Shown here piece after piece: positions 27,050-36,717 of a stretch of 64,000 bases of DNA. Position 1 is the first letter of the stretch; every line of letters starts with the position of its first letter. The notes beneath the pieces were generated by a model, which worked only from the letters and a program-made list of their open reading frames with translations, did not search any database and was not told the DNA's origin. Source of the stretch: a virus. The stretch is taken from positions 1 to 64,000 of IMG/VR virus record IMGVR_UViG_3300025450_000020. One strand, given 5' to 3'. The translations under genes were made by a program, and so were the position numbers.

Positions 27050-28431
27050 TGGCTGGTCAAAGCGCATCCACATATAATTTTATTGCTAACCAAACTTTGG
27101 CTTCAGCAACTGCCTCAGTAACATTTAGCAATATTCCGCAGAACTTTACTGACCTAGTGCTTGTAGCAGCACACAATGAAAACGCTAGTGGCGCTGGTGG
27201 ATATATGCAATTTAACGGCGATACGGCAACTAACTACAGCTCTAACTATGGGTATGGCAGTGGAAGCGGTACTGGACAAGGACGAGGTAATAGCCAAACT
27301 TTTTTCAGCTTTTCTTACGATACTAATACAACTTATCTAGCGCCTCAAATTTTGCACATAATGAATTACTCAAGCAGCAATATGTACAAAACAATTATAG
27401 AAACTCAAATGAGTAGTGCGTCTACTCAGACAAGTCCCCAAACAGCGTTATGGAGAGGCTTGAACCCAATAACTAGCATATACATGTATGCTGGTACAGG
27501 TAGCTTTATTGCTGGTTCTTCTTTTACTCTTTATGGAATTAAAGCCGCAGATGTAGCGTCCATTATTCCTACAAAAGCTATTGGTGGAGACCTTATTACC
27601 TCTGATGGTACTTATACTTATCATGCTTTTAAATCAACAGGTAATTTTATTCCCGCACAAGCACTTACTTGCGATATTTTGATGATTGCTGGTGGTGGCG
27701 GTGGCGGACCAACTTATGTTGGTGGCGGCGGCGGTGCTGGTGGATTGCGCCTTTTAACTTCTCAAAGTTTTTCTACTAGCCAAACAGTTACTATCGGTGC
27801 TGGGGGTACTGGCGGAAGTGGTTATGGCAACCAAGGAACAAATGGTGGAACTTCATCACTAGGTTCTATTTCTGCATCTGGTGGTGGCGCAGGTTCTACA
27901 AATGATGGAACTAATCCTAAAGCGGCGGCATCTGGAGGTTCTGGCGGTGGAGCAAACTACACAACTTTAACTGCTGGTTCAGGTAACGCTGGCTCATATT
28001 CTCCAGTTGAAGGTTACGCTGGAGGTACTGCTTTTAACGGTGGCGCTTATGGCTCAGGTGGCGGTGGCGGCGCGGGTGGAGCAGGTAATGCTGGAACAAC
28101 ATCTATCGGCGGTGCTGGTGGTGTAGGTGCTGGCGGAACTGGTTATACAAATTATGCAATTTTGAATGCAATGGGTACAGCAACATCTACTGGAGTTTTA
28201 TCATCTGGTAATTATTATTATGCAGGCGGTGGTGGCGGTTCTTCTTATGGCGCTGGCGGTGGTTCAACTTCATCTGGTGGTTTAGGTGGAGGTGGAACTG
28301 GCTCAACAGGTCAAGGAGGAAATGCCACATCTAATACTGGTGGCGGTGGCGGTGGTTCAGAGCGAGCAAGTGGCGCTTTGGCGGGCGGCAATGGCGGTTC
28401 AGGAATTGTTATTGTGAGGTATTTATCCTAA
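27049..28431 (+). CDS. glycine-rich virion protein, class B copy 3
   Basis: HIMNYS...YKT...LWR + Gly-rich domain. Confidence 0.85.
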   Translation: MAGQSASTYNFIANQTLASATASVTFSNIPQNFTDLVLVAAHNENASGAGGYMQFNGDTATNYSSNYGYGSGSGTGQGRGNSQTFFSFSYDTNTTYLAPQILHIMNYSSSNMYKTIIETQMSSASTQTSPQTALWRGLNPITSIYMYAGTGSFIAGSSFTLYGIKAADVASIIPTKAIGGDLITSDGTYTYHAFKSTGNFIPAQALTCDILMIAGGGGGGPTYVGGGGGAGGLRLLTSQSFSTSQTVTIGAGGTGGSGYGNQGTNGGTSSLGSISASGGGAGSTNDGTNPKAAASGGSGGGANYTTLTAGSGNAGSYSPVEGYAGGTAFNGGAYGSGGGGGAGGAGNAGTTSIGGAGGVGAGGTGYTNYAILNAMGTATSTGVLSSGNYYYAGGGGGSSYGAGGGSTSSGGLGGGGTGSTGQGGNATSNTGGGGGGSERASGALAGGNGGSGIVIVRYLS

Positions 28432-29795
28432 TGGCTAAAACATACTCTGCTATTCAGACTATTACACTGTCTGCAACTACATCGTCTGTTACTTTTGCAA
28501 ATATCCCTCAAAACTATACAGATTTACGACTTCTTGTTAGCGCACGTACTACAGACTCAAATACTGTTAGCTCTACCGCTATGCGTGTAGGTAACGGTAA
28601 CGTTGATGCTGGAGCAAACTACACGCAAAAAGACGTACAGTATGCAAACGGCTCTGCTTCTTCTGGTAATACTAGCGGAACCAACCAATGGTATTTTGTT
28701 CACGATGCGGCAAGTAACACATCGGGAATATTTGGAAATGCAGAAATTTACATACCTAGCTACACCAATGGAATACAAAAATCTGCTCAATTAAACAGTG
28801 TAACTGAGGACAACTCTAGCACCAGCATACAAAGCAGAACAACCTCTGCATTATGGACTGGAACGTCTGCAATTAATATTATTACACTTACTGGAAGCGG
28901 TACCAGTTATGCGGCTGGTTCTACTTTTACTCTTTACGGTATTGGTCAAGGAGCTAAAGCTACTGGTGGAACTGTAGTGGGTGCTGGTAACTATATTTAT
29001 CATACCTTTACTTCTTCTGGAACATTTACACCAACAGAGTATATTAAGAACGCAGAAGTTCTTGTTATCGCTGGTGGTGGTGGCGGAGGTTCTCAGGATG
29101 GAGCTGGAGCTGGAGCTGGTGGAGTGCTATACGCCCCACCAAATTACCCGTTTAATGCAGGAACAAACTACGGAATTACAGTAGGAGCTGGTGGCGCTGG
29201 AGGTACTTCTAGCGGAGCTGGTTCACAAGGAAACAACTCAGTTGTAAATGCGCTTGTATCCATTGGTGGCGGTGGTGGTGCTGGAAGAAACACTGTAGGA
29301 ACTACAGGAGGTTCTGGCGCTGGTGGAAATACAAACGGTGGCTCTCAAGGACCTACGTCTGCACTACAAGCTAGCGTTGGTGGAGGAATAGGTTATGGTA
29401 ATGCGGGTGGAGCTAGTGGTAACTCTGGTAGCGGCGCTTCTGGTGGTGGCGGAGGTGCTGGTGCAGCAGGTGGCGCTGGAGTAGGAGCCACACCTAAAGG
29501 TGGAGACGGCGGAATTGGATTAACAACCTGGTCAAGCTGGGGCTACGCCACGGGAACAGGACAAAACATTGGTGGAACTTACTACTACGCAGGTGGCGGT
29601 GGCGGCGGGGCCGAGCCTACTGGCTCTCAAACTCAAGGTGTTGGTGGTTATGGTGGCGGAGGAACAGCAACTGCCTCTGGCACGGGTGGAAGTGGGACAT
29701 CCAATACTGGCGGTGGAGGCGGAGCAGCCTCTGCAAGTGCGGCTGGTGGAGCTGGTGGTTCTGGTTTAGTAATCATTCGTTACCCAGTTAACTAA
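28431..29795 (+). CDS. glycine-rich virion protein, class C copy 3
   Basis: FGNAEIYIPSY...SVTEDN + Gly-rich domain. Confidence 0.85.
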   Translation: MAKTYSAIQTITLSATTSSVTFANIPQNYTDLRLLVSARTTDSNTVSSTAMRVGNGNVDAGANYTQKDVQYANGSASSGNTSGTNQWYFVHDAASNTSGIFGNAEIYIPSYTNGIQKSAQLNSVTEDNSSTSIQSRTTSALWTGTSAINIITLTGSGTSYAAGSTFTLYGIGQGAKATGGTVVGAGNYIYHTFTSSGTFTPTEYIKNAEVLVIAGGGGGGSQDGAGAGAGGVLYAPPNYPFNAGTNYGITVGAGGAGGTSSGAGSQGNNSVVNALVSIGGGGGAGRNTVGTTGGSGAGGNTNGGSQGPTSALQASVGGGIGYGNAGGASGNSGSGASGGGGGAGAAGGAGVGATPKGGDGGIGLTTWSSWGYATGTGQNIGGTYYYAGGGGGGAEPTGSQTQGVGGYGGGGTATASGTGGSGTSNTGGGGGAASASAAGGAGGSGLVIIRYPVN

Positions 29796-29851
29796 CAATA
29801 TGCTAAATAAACAAATAATGCTATAATATAAAAAGTAACAGGAGGTATAAA

Positions 29852-30085
29852 ATGTCAGATACACCAACAAAGATTATTGTTGATTGCTCTACAGGAGAAC
29901 AAAAGATTGTTCCTTTGACTCCCGCCGAGATTGCAGCTAACGATCAAGCAGCAGCAGCGGCAGCTACAGCAGCTCAAGAAAAGGCAGCAGCAGATGCTGC
30001 GGCAGCAGCAGCAAAAGCAAGTGCGGTAGCAAAGCTATCTTCACTTGGACTTACAGCAGAAGAAATTGCAGCATTAACTGCATAA
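29852..30085 (+). CDS. small Ala-rich protein, putative fibre assembly chaperone
   Basis: VDCSTGE...LT..E...KL..LGLT.EE; AGGAGG SD; promoter 29819-29827. Confidence 0.65.
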   Translation: MSDTPTKIIVDCSTGEQKIVPLTPAEIAANDQAAAAAATAAQEKAAADAAAAAAKASAVAKLSSLGLTAEEIAALTA

Positions 30086-30109
30086 TTTAAAATAACTAAG
30101 GAGAAATAA

Positions 30110-30502
30110 ATGGCACATATGGCCGAAATTGATTCAGATAATAAGGTGGTTCGTGTTCTTGTTGTCTCTGACGCAGACGCAGCAGATGGCCATAACTTCC
30201 TTGCAAACACATTAGGACTTGGTGGAACGTGGATCGCTACATCATACAACACTCGTGGTGGAGTACACTACGGTCCAGATGGTCAGCCAGACGGTAAGCC
30301 ACAAGTTGGATTCAACTATGCTGGAATTGGATATTCATGGGACGGTACAGGATTTGCTGCACCACAACCATTTCCATCATGGACTCTAGATAAGACAACC
30401 TACACATGGACTGCACCTGTTGCATATCCTACAGATGGCAAGCTTTATACCTGGGACGAAGATAAGAAGTCTTGGGATGAAGTTCCAGCCCCTCAAGCAT
30501 AA
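30110..30502 (+). CDS. putative fibre assembly protein (MAH.AE family)
   Basis: TSYNT.GG.H...NYAGIGY...F..PQPFPSW.L...W.AP..YP.DG..Y.WDE. Confidence 0.7.
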   Translation: MAHMAEIDSDNKVVRVLVVSDADAADGHNFLANTLGLGGTWIATSYNTRGGVHYGPDGQPDGKPQVGFNYAGIGYSWDGTGFAAPQPFPSWTLDKTTYTWTAPVAYPTDGKLYTWDEDKKSWDEVPAPQA

Positions 30503-30521
30503 TAAATAAAATAATAATGTG

Positions 30522-30560
30522 ATATTTAGCCGCTATTTTACATAGCGGTTAAATATTTTT
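30522..30560 (+). terminator. intrinsic terminator
   Basis: 15-bp stem ATATTTAGCCGCTAT / ATAGCGGTTAAATAT followed by TTTT. Confidence 0.7.
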
Positions 30561-30585
30561 GTAGCAAAATAACATAGGAGAATAA

Positions 30586-30792
30586 ATGGCTAAAGTAACA
30601 CCAAAAGAAGATGAAAAAGTTATGAAGTGCTTTACATTTAATGTAAATATGATGATTCACATTTTTGCAGAAGATGAAACTTCAGCAAGAGAGAAATTGG
30701 ATAAAGAAGGCGGATTTGTAGGAAAAAGAGACGTAACTCTAGAAGACTCTATTATTCTCCATCCTAATAAAAGAAATTTGAAGTCAATCTGA
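30586..30792 (+). CDS. hypothetical protein
   Basis: AGGAG SD. Confidence 0.7.
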   Translation: MAKVTPKEDEKVMKCFTFNVNMMIHIFAEDETSAREKLDKEGGFVGKRDVTLEDSIILHPNKRNLKSI

Positions 30793-30797
30793 TTCCA

Positions 30798-30821
30798 TCC
30801 CGCCTTTTTAGGCGGGACTTT
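30798..30821 (+). terminator. hairpin TCCCGCC-N6-GGCGGGA, probable terminator
   Basis: Perfect 7-bp GC stem with a short T run. Confidence 0.5.
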
Positions 30822-30853
30822 CAAATAACCCGATTACATAGTAAAATAGTCTT

Positions 30854-33478
30854 ATGTCATATAAACAAGTAGTTCTCAGGGATAATCCAATAGCATTTTG
30901 GCCTTTAAATGGCACATCTAGCTTGAGAACCTATGCAACAATTTTGCTGGAGTATAAGACATATCAAGATTGGCTAGATGCTGAGCCTAACTATGGGGCA
31001 GATCCAATTACATTTACATTGCAGGATATATCACAAGGTGGGAACCATGCAGCATATACTTTAGGTTCCCCCAACTTTTTGGACATCTTGCCACTTGCAA
31101 CACTTTCAAATTATGACACACAACTTGCAGGATGCAAGATAAATTCAACTTCTGAGATTGGCATACAAAACCAATACAGTCCAACAGGAACTGGATCAAC
31201 ACCTCTTTACAACATGTTCTATACAGGAACAGAGAATTTAACTTTTGGTATTGAAATGTGGTTGGCTTTTGATTCAAACCCGCCAACAGACAATGTTGTT
31301 TTCCAAGTACAATCGGGCGGGAGTAGCCCAGAAGTTATTGCTAAAGCCTATATAAACAACGATAAGATTTACTTTACAGTTAATGGAAAAGATAAAGTAG
31401 CTGGAACTAATCTTTCATATACAACATATAAGCAGGTATCCTCATGGGATTCACAGATGCATATATTCTTTTACTACTCAAAGGGATCAATTAATATTGG
31501 CGTTAACTCGTTGTTTGGACAAGCAACACAAGTTAGCCAGAACTTTATTTGGCACAATTCATATTCATCATCTCCAGAGTATTTTTATAAGATTGGTCCA
31601 TCAGGATCAAACAATAAGTTTACAATAAATGATCTATCATTCTATGATTATGTTTTGTCAGATAATCAAATCAAGTCTCACATGGTTTGGGGAACTTATG
31701 ATTCATCCCCGCAAAATTATGTAAAGCAGTCAAGTGGTTTCTTCTTTGATATTAAAGATGACCCCAATATGCTTGCTTATCAAAAAGACTTTACAAATCC
31801 AGCAAATTATAGAAGTGGTGTCATTAACAATTTAATTGTTGATAAAACTGGAATGACTTTGCAGACTATTCCATCTTTAACAAAAAGTGGATCAGGCACA
31901 TTAACAGCATCTAATGGTCTGTCAGTAACATCAACAGCTGGAGCTATGTTTTCAAATCTATCAAAGTATTATTCTTTGGGCGGGATTTCAATACTAGGTC
32001 AAATAAATTGGACCCTTAACGGAGGTTCATCCCCAGCAACTATACTGGCTATAGATGGAATTAACAACAACGAATCCCTATATCTAGCTCAAAGCACAGA
32101 TAACAAACTAACGCTTTACTATCATAGCGTAGCTAACTACTACCCATATGCCTCTACAGACACTATAATTGCTCAAGTTCCAACCGCTGTTGCTTCAAAC
32201 GGAAACTATAATTTTGGACTATCAATAAATAACAATATTGCAACAATTTATTTATCGGGTAACAGCTCAGTATCAGGCAATCTTCCAAGCTATACTTATT
32301 CTAATTTAAATCTTTATTTTGGTAATCAGTATTCATCTGCAACAACTCTCCCATTATCGGGCAGCATAAGCAATGTTTCAATATTGAACTCATACATTAA
32401 TCCATCTACATATTCTTTGTACGGATCAAACGATATGCTAACAATACCTTTTATAAGCAGTCTTGCAGTTTCACAGATTGGAACATGGACATACGGAGTT
32501 CTATCTTCTCAACTTAACAAGATATTTGGGTCAAGAGTAACTTGGGAAACTGGAACTTCCGATAATTCTGTAATAAGCTTAAATGAAAGTGTAGTGTTCC
32601 AGTACTCCATGGACAACGGCACTACTTGGAATCAAATAACAAATGGCTATCCAGTAACAAAGTTTGCAGATAATTCACAAGTAGCATATCCAGATATAAC
32701 ATTCAGAGCTATCTTATCGGTTCAAGATTCCTCATCCCTACAGTTACCTAGAGTAGATAAAGTTTTGATTAATTTTTATAAGAACCTAGAAATTTTCTCA
32801 GATGCGGGAGCTTTCGTATTGGCGCCAAGACAAGGCAGCTACATTGGAGACACTTATTCAATTAAGAATAATTTCTTTAATATTCTTTCACGTACAAGCA
32901 ATTTTGGCATCAAGGTGGCACAAGTTCAGAATAGTAATTCTGTGGCTACAATTAATACTGTTAATGGAACTGCCACATATCAAACGATAGAGTTCTGGTT
33001 TAGATATGATTCTGTAAGCTCAAGTATTGCTCAAACGATATTGGACACAGTAGGTCTATCTGCAAAGCTATATATTGACCCCGCCACAAACATTGTTTAT
33101 TCAAATGGTTTTTCAAATGTATTTATAAACGGCGTATCTTTAGCTGCAGGTCGTGTATTAAGCCAGGGCGAGGCATATCATTTTGTTTGCGTATATCCAA
33201 ACCAAACAAACGCACAGATATATTTGGGCGGGGATCAAAGACTACAGACCTTCTCATACGGCACATTTGGCTATATAAGCCTATATCCTTCAGCATTTGC
33301 CCAAGGGGATGCACAGACAAGGTACCTAGAATTCCTGTCTAGCAATGTTGCACAAGTTACAGTATCATCTAATACTGACAGCATAGGTACAATTGGAGAA
33401 TATTCAAGCACTGTGACTGGATATAACGGTGGGCAACCAGTTCTGGCATACCCTCATCCCATAAGTATTACCGTATAA
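30854..33478 (+). CDS. large virion protein with LamG/concanavalin-like domains
   Basis: MSY...VLRDNPIAFWPL, IEMW, I.DL.FYDY.LS..QI..H, TIEFWFR motifs. Confidence 0.7.
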   Translation: MSYKQVVLRDNPIAFWPLNGTSSLRTYATILLEYKTYQDWLDAEPNYGADPITFTLQDISQGGNHAAYTLGSPNFLDILPLATLSNYDTQLAGCKINSTSEIGIQNQYSPTGTGSTPLYNMFYTGTENLTFGIEMWLAFDSNPPTDNVVFQVQSGGSSPEVIAKAYINNDKIYFTVNGKDKVAGTNLSYTTYKQVSSWDSQMHIFFYYSKGSINIGVNSLFGQATQVSQNFIWHNSYSSSPEYFYKIGPSGSNNKFTINDLSFYDYVLSDNQIKSHMVWGTYDSSPQNYVKQSSGFFFDIKDDPNMLAYQKDFTNPANYRSGVINNLIVDKTGMTLQTIPSLTKSGSGTLTASNGLSVTSTAGAMFSNLSKYYSLGGISILGQINWTLNGGSSPATILAIDGINNNESLYLAQSTDNKLTLYYHSVANYYPYASTDTIIAQVPTAVASNGNYNFGLSINNNIATIYLSGNSSVSGNLPSYTYSNLNLYFGNQYSSATTLPLSGSISNVSILNSYINPSTYSLYGSNDMLTIPFISSLAVSQIGTWTYGVLSSQLNKIFGSRVTWETGTSDNSVISLNESVVFQYSMDNGTTWNQITNGYPVTKFADNSQVAYPDITFRAILSVQDSSSLQLPRVDKVLINFYKNLEIFSDAGAFVLAPRQGSYIGDTYSIKNNFFNILSRTSNFGIKVAQVQNSNSVATINTVNGTATYQTIEFWFRYDSVSSSIAQTILDTVGLSAKLYIDPATNIVYSNGFSNVFINGVSLAAGRVLSQGEAYHFVCVYPNQTNAQIYLGGDQRLQTFSYGTFGYISLYPSAFAQGDAQTRYLEFLSSNVAQVTVSSNTDSIGTIGEYSSTVTGYNGGQPVLAYPHPISITV

Positions 33479-33534
33479 CACATTTTTGGCAGCCATATGT
33501 TCCGTTTTTAAGACTTAGGTGGTATTATTGGCAT

Positions 33535-33873
33535 ATGAGCAAGATGCGTACAACCGTCGTAGAAGAAGTTAATTGGGGCCTTTATGTTTGGCAGATGCCA
33601 GATGGTAAGGTTGTTATGGATGAAGAGGGTGCATATTTGAGTATCCCGTCCCTAAAAGGCGATATTCGCCAGATTAAAAAGCTAAAGGATGCAGCAAAGC
33701 ACTACGGCCTAGAAGATGGAACACCATTATTTATGTCTGGTCACAGACCCGTTACAGATGAAGAGCTTGAAATGCAAAAGCAAAGATTGGAAATGGGGCT
33801 TGTTCCAGACGAGCATGACCTTCCAGCTATGATGGATTATGTTAAAGAAATGAGGGACATGAAGCTTGGTTAA
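33535..33873 (+). CDS. hypothetical protein preceding portal (probably leaderless)
   Basis: TGG-TATTAT ends 6 nt before the ATG. Confidence 0.75.
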   Translation: MSKMRTTVVEEVNWGLYVWQMPDGKVVMDEEGAYLSIPSLKGDIRQIKKLKDAAKHYGLEDGTPLFMSGHRPVTDEELEMQKQRLEMGLVPDEHDLPAMMDYVKEMRDMKLG

Positions 33874-33888
33874 AGCTTTATAAAAAAT

Positions 33889-35466
33889 ATGGCTAATTTA
33901 AGAATTGATGACAGTATTGATGAAGATGAGGGTGGGATCACAGTAAAGCTGGATGCCCCATCACATACTATAGAGCACGATTTTGGTGACCCGTTTAATG
34001 CAACTTGGTCAGATATTAAGAAGGCAGATGGCCTAAGTCCTAATTTCCGTCGTCAAGTAAATAGAATGGAAAAGTCATTTACTGGTGTTGGTGATGCAAA
34101 GTCTAAGAAGTTAGATCCGCTTGACCTTACAGGATATTCTCTTTTCCAGATTGTTCAACCTCCTTACAACGTACTATATTTGGCACAGCTTTATGATATC
34201 TCCCCATATCATCACTCTGCTGTAAATGCTAAAGCTGCCAACGTTGTCGGGCTCGGTTATAAATTTGAAAACACATGGGCAACAACTGCAAAGATTGAAG
34301 AAGTAATGGATCAGCCTAAAAAGCTTGACAAGTTGCGTTCAAAGCTTGAAGGCCTTAAAGAAGAGATGCGGGAGTTCCTAGAATCTCTTAACTCTGATGA
34401 TTCATTTACAGAGACAATGAAAAAGATCTTCATTGACCTAGAATCAACAGGAAATGCTTATCTTGAAGTTGGTCGTACATCAACTGGTAAGATTGGCTAC
34501 ATTGGTCATATTCCTACAACAACAATGCGTATTCGCCGTCACCGTGACGGATTTGTTCAAGTTGTTTATAACCGCTACACATTTTTTAGAAACTTCGGTG
34601 ATACCGAGACCCCAGATCAGATAGGTACTGATCCCCAGCCAAACGAAGTAATTCACTTTAAAGTATTTACTCCGTCAAATACCTACTATGGCATTCCAGA
34701 TGTTTTGTCTGCTAAGAATGCAGTTGCTGGTGATGAATTCGCACAGCGATTTAACTTGGACTACTTTGAAAACAAAGCTGTGCCTCGTTACATTATTACC
34801 GTAAAGGGAGCAAAGCTTACAGCAGAATCAGAGCGTAAGTTACTAGAGTTCTTCCAGACGGGGCTTAAAGGAAGAAATCACAGAACCCTTTATATCCCTC
34901 TTCCATCAGATGGCGAGCAAGGTCGTGTTGAGTTTAACATGGAGCCAATTGAAGCGGGAATTCAAGATTCTTCGTTTAGGAACTATGCGGTAGAAAACAG
35001 AGATCGTATTCTTTTGTCTCACCGTGTTCCAGTATCAAAGCTTGGAATGCCTGCAAACGTTTCGTTGGCTAATGCTAAAGATGCTGACAAGACATTTAAA
35101 GAGCAAGTATGTCGTCCACGTCAAGAAGAACTTGAGTTTAAGATTAATTTAATTATCAAGGAATTTACTGATGCGTTCAAACTTCAATTTAACGAACTTG
35201 CACTTACAGATGAAGAGACTCAATCTCGTATTGATGACCGTTATCTGAAGGATCAAGTTATTACTCCTAACGAAGTTCGTGCACGTCGTGGAATGGCTCC
35301 ACTTGAAGGCGGTGATGCAGTGTTGGTTATTAATCCTAAAGCAGCACAAGATGCAGCATCAGATGCAAGTGGTAATAAAGCCAGAAGCCAAGACCGTGTT
35401 TTAAATGCACCTGATAAAATGGGCACGGGTCGTGCTCCAAAGGGTGAGGGAAGACAACAGGCATAA
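33889..35466 (+). CDS. portal protein
   Basis: D.ESTGNAY.E, NEVIHF...YYGIP, YFENKAVP, HRVP..KLG, TPNEVR...G..P..GGD. Confidence 0.92.
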   Translation: MANLRIDDSIDEDEGGITVKLDAPSHTIEHDFGDPFNATWSDIKKADGLSPNFRRQVNRMEKSFTGVGDAKSKKLDPLDLTGYSLFQIVQPPYNVLYLAQLYDISPYHHSAVNAKAANVVGLGYKFENTWATTAKIEEVMDQPKKLDKLRSKLEGLKEEMREFLESLNSDDSFTETMKKIFIDLESTGNAYLEVGRTSTGKIGYIGHIPTTTMRIRRHRDGFVQVVYNRYTFFRNFGDTETPDQIGTDPQPNEVIHFKVFTPSNTYYGIPDVLSAKNAVAGDEFAQRFNLDYFENKAVPRYIITVKGAKLTAESERKLLEFFQTGLKGRNHRTLYIPLPSDGEQGRVEFNMEPIEAGIQDSSFRNYAVENRDRILLSHRVPVSKLGMPANVSLANAKDADKTFKEQVCRPRQEELEFKINLIIKEFTDAFKLQFNELALTDEETQSRIDDRYLKDQVITPNEVRARRGMAPLEGGDAVLVINPKAAQDAASDASGNKARSQDRVLNAPDKMGTGRAPKGEGRQQA

Positions 35467-35469
35467 CAA

Positions 35470-36333
35470 ATGTCTACAGCATTAGACGTTTTAAATGTTG
35501 CTAGAAGTCAAATAGGTTTTGTTGAAGGACCAGTAAATGAAAACCCATATGGAATTTGGTATGGGGTTCCAAATGCAAGTTATTGTGCTATGGGTATAAG
35601 TTGGTGCTTTGCACAAGTTGGACTTTCATCTTTAGTTGCAGCACAAACTCCAAAAGGTTTTGCATATTGCCCTGCAGGTCTTGCATGGTTTCAAAGACAA
35701 GGTTTAGTTGTAAATAAATATCAAGCACAACCAGGTGACCTTGTTTTCTTTTCATGGGGTACTGGTGTTGCAGAGCATGTTGAAATTGTTGAAGCTGCAT
35801 CTGCAGACGGATTAACAACAATTGGTTTCAATACAACTGATAAAAATACAAAAGAAGCAGCAAATGGCGGAGGGTGCTACAGAGAACACCGTCCATATCT
35901 TTATGTTATGGCAATTGTAAGACCTAAGTATCCAGTGCCTCTAAAACCTGTTTCAAAGGGTGTTACAAGTAAAAAAGCTACGGCAGGTGTAGCAGCTACT
36001 GGAACAGCCGCAGCAGGCGTTGCAGCAGCTTTACATGGCACTCCAATCACAACCTCGGGAACAACACCAACACCCACTCCATCACCTACAGTATTTGTAG
36101 CACCACCTTTTCCTACTAGTGCAACAGCTTTTAATTTAGGGCAAAAAAGTGATGCTGTTATGGCTGTAGAAAAAGCACTGTTAAAGGCGGGACTGCTTCC
36201 AAGTAACTATGTAACTGGAATAATGAATAAACAAACACAAGCGGCATTAGTAAAGTATGAGGCAAAGCAAGGAATTAAAGTTACAGGTACGCTGCCACAA
36301 ATTATATATGATGAATTAAAGGGATCACTATGA
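35470..36333 (+). CDS. endolysin: CHAP-type amidase + Pro/Thr linker + peptidoglycan-binding domain
   Basis: YG.WYG....YCAMG.SW, PGDLVFF, HVEIV, GFNT; C-terminal G.....V..V...L...G......G....T..A...Y. Confidence 0.8.
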   Translation: MSTALDVLNVARSQIGFVEGPVNENPYGIWYGVPNASYCAMGISWCFAQVGLSSLVAAQTPKGFAYCPAGLAWFQRQGLVVNKYQAQPGDLVFFSWGTGVAEHVEIVEAASADGLTTIGFNTTDKNTKEAANGGGCYREHRPYLYVMAIVRPKYPVPLKPVSKGVTSKKATAGVAATGTAAAGVAAALHGTPITTSGTTPTPTPSPTVFVAPPFPTSATAFNLGQKSDAVMAVEKALLKAGLLPSNYVTGIMNKQTQAALVKYEAKQGIKVTGTLPQIIYDELKGSL

Positions 36334-36665
36334 GCCTAAAACACCATTTTAAGTTCAGTGTTGCAGATGCTAAACAGCTAGGTATAGCCTTTGTAGGTGC
36401 AATTTCAGCCTGGGCAGCCACGGGATTTCAGAGGGATATAGCCCATCTAATGTATCCAATTGTTGGTTTTATAACAGGAGGCCTGGCATCCCACAACTCT
36501 ATGGCTAACCCAAATGTCACTCCAGACTCACACATAGTAACTCCTTATGTCTCTAACATAGAAGATCACAATCCTGGGGTTCCTACCCCAGTTGAACAAA
36601 ACTATAAACCAGAGGGGGCGGATGTCAAAAAAGTCATCCAAATCAATAGCGGAATTATAAAATAA
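36330..36665 (+). CDS. putative holin/membrane protein
   Basis: Two hydrophobic segments; overlaps the endolysin stop. Confidence 0.5.
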   Translation: MSLKHHFKFSVADAKQLGIAFVGAISAWAATGFQRDIAHLMYPIVGFITGGLASHNSMANPNVTPDSHIVTPYVSNIEDHNPGVPTPVEQNYKPEGADVKKVIQINSGIIK

Positions 36666-36717
36666 TTTTTACCGAAATTATGACTTATTTATAAAACTTG
36701 CTATTATTTATTTACAT

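Noticed and set aside
16847-29769. Many antisense/overlapping ORFs rich in His, Pro or Val within the Gly-rich genes
   Set aside because: By-products of GGN codon runs lacking stops in other frames.
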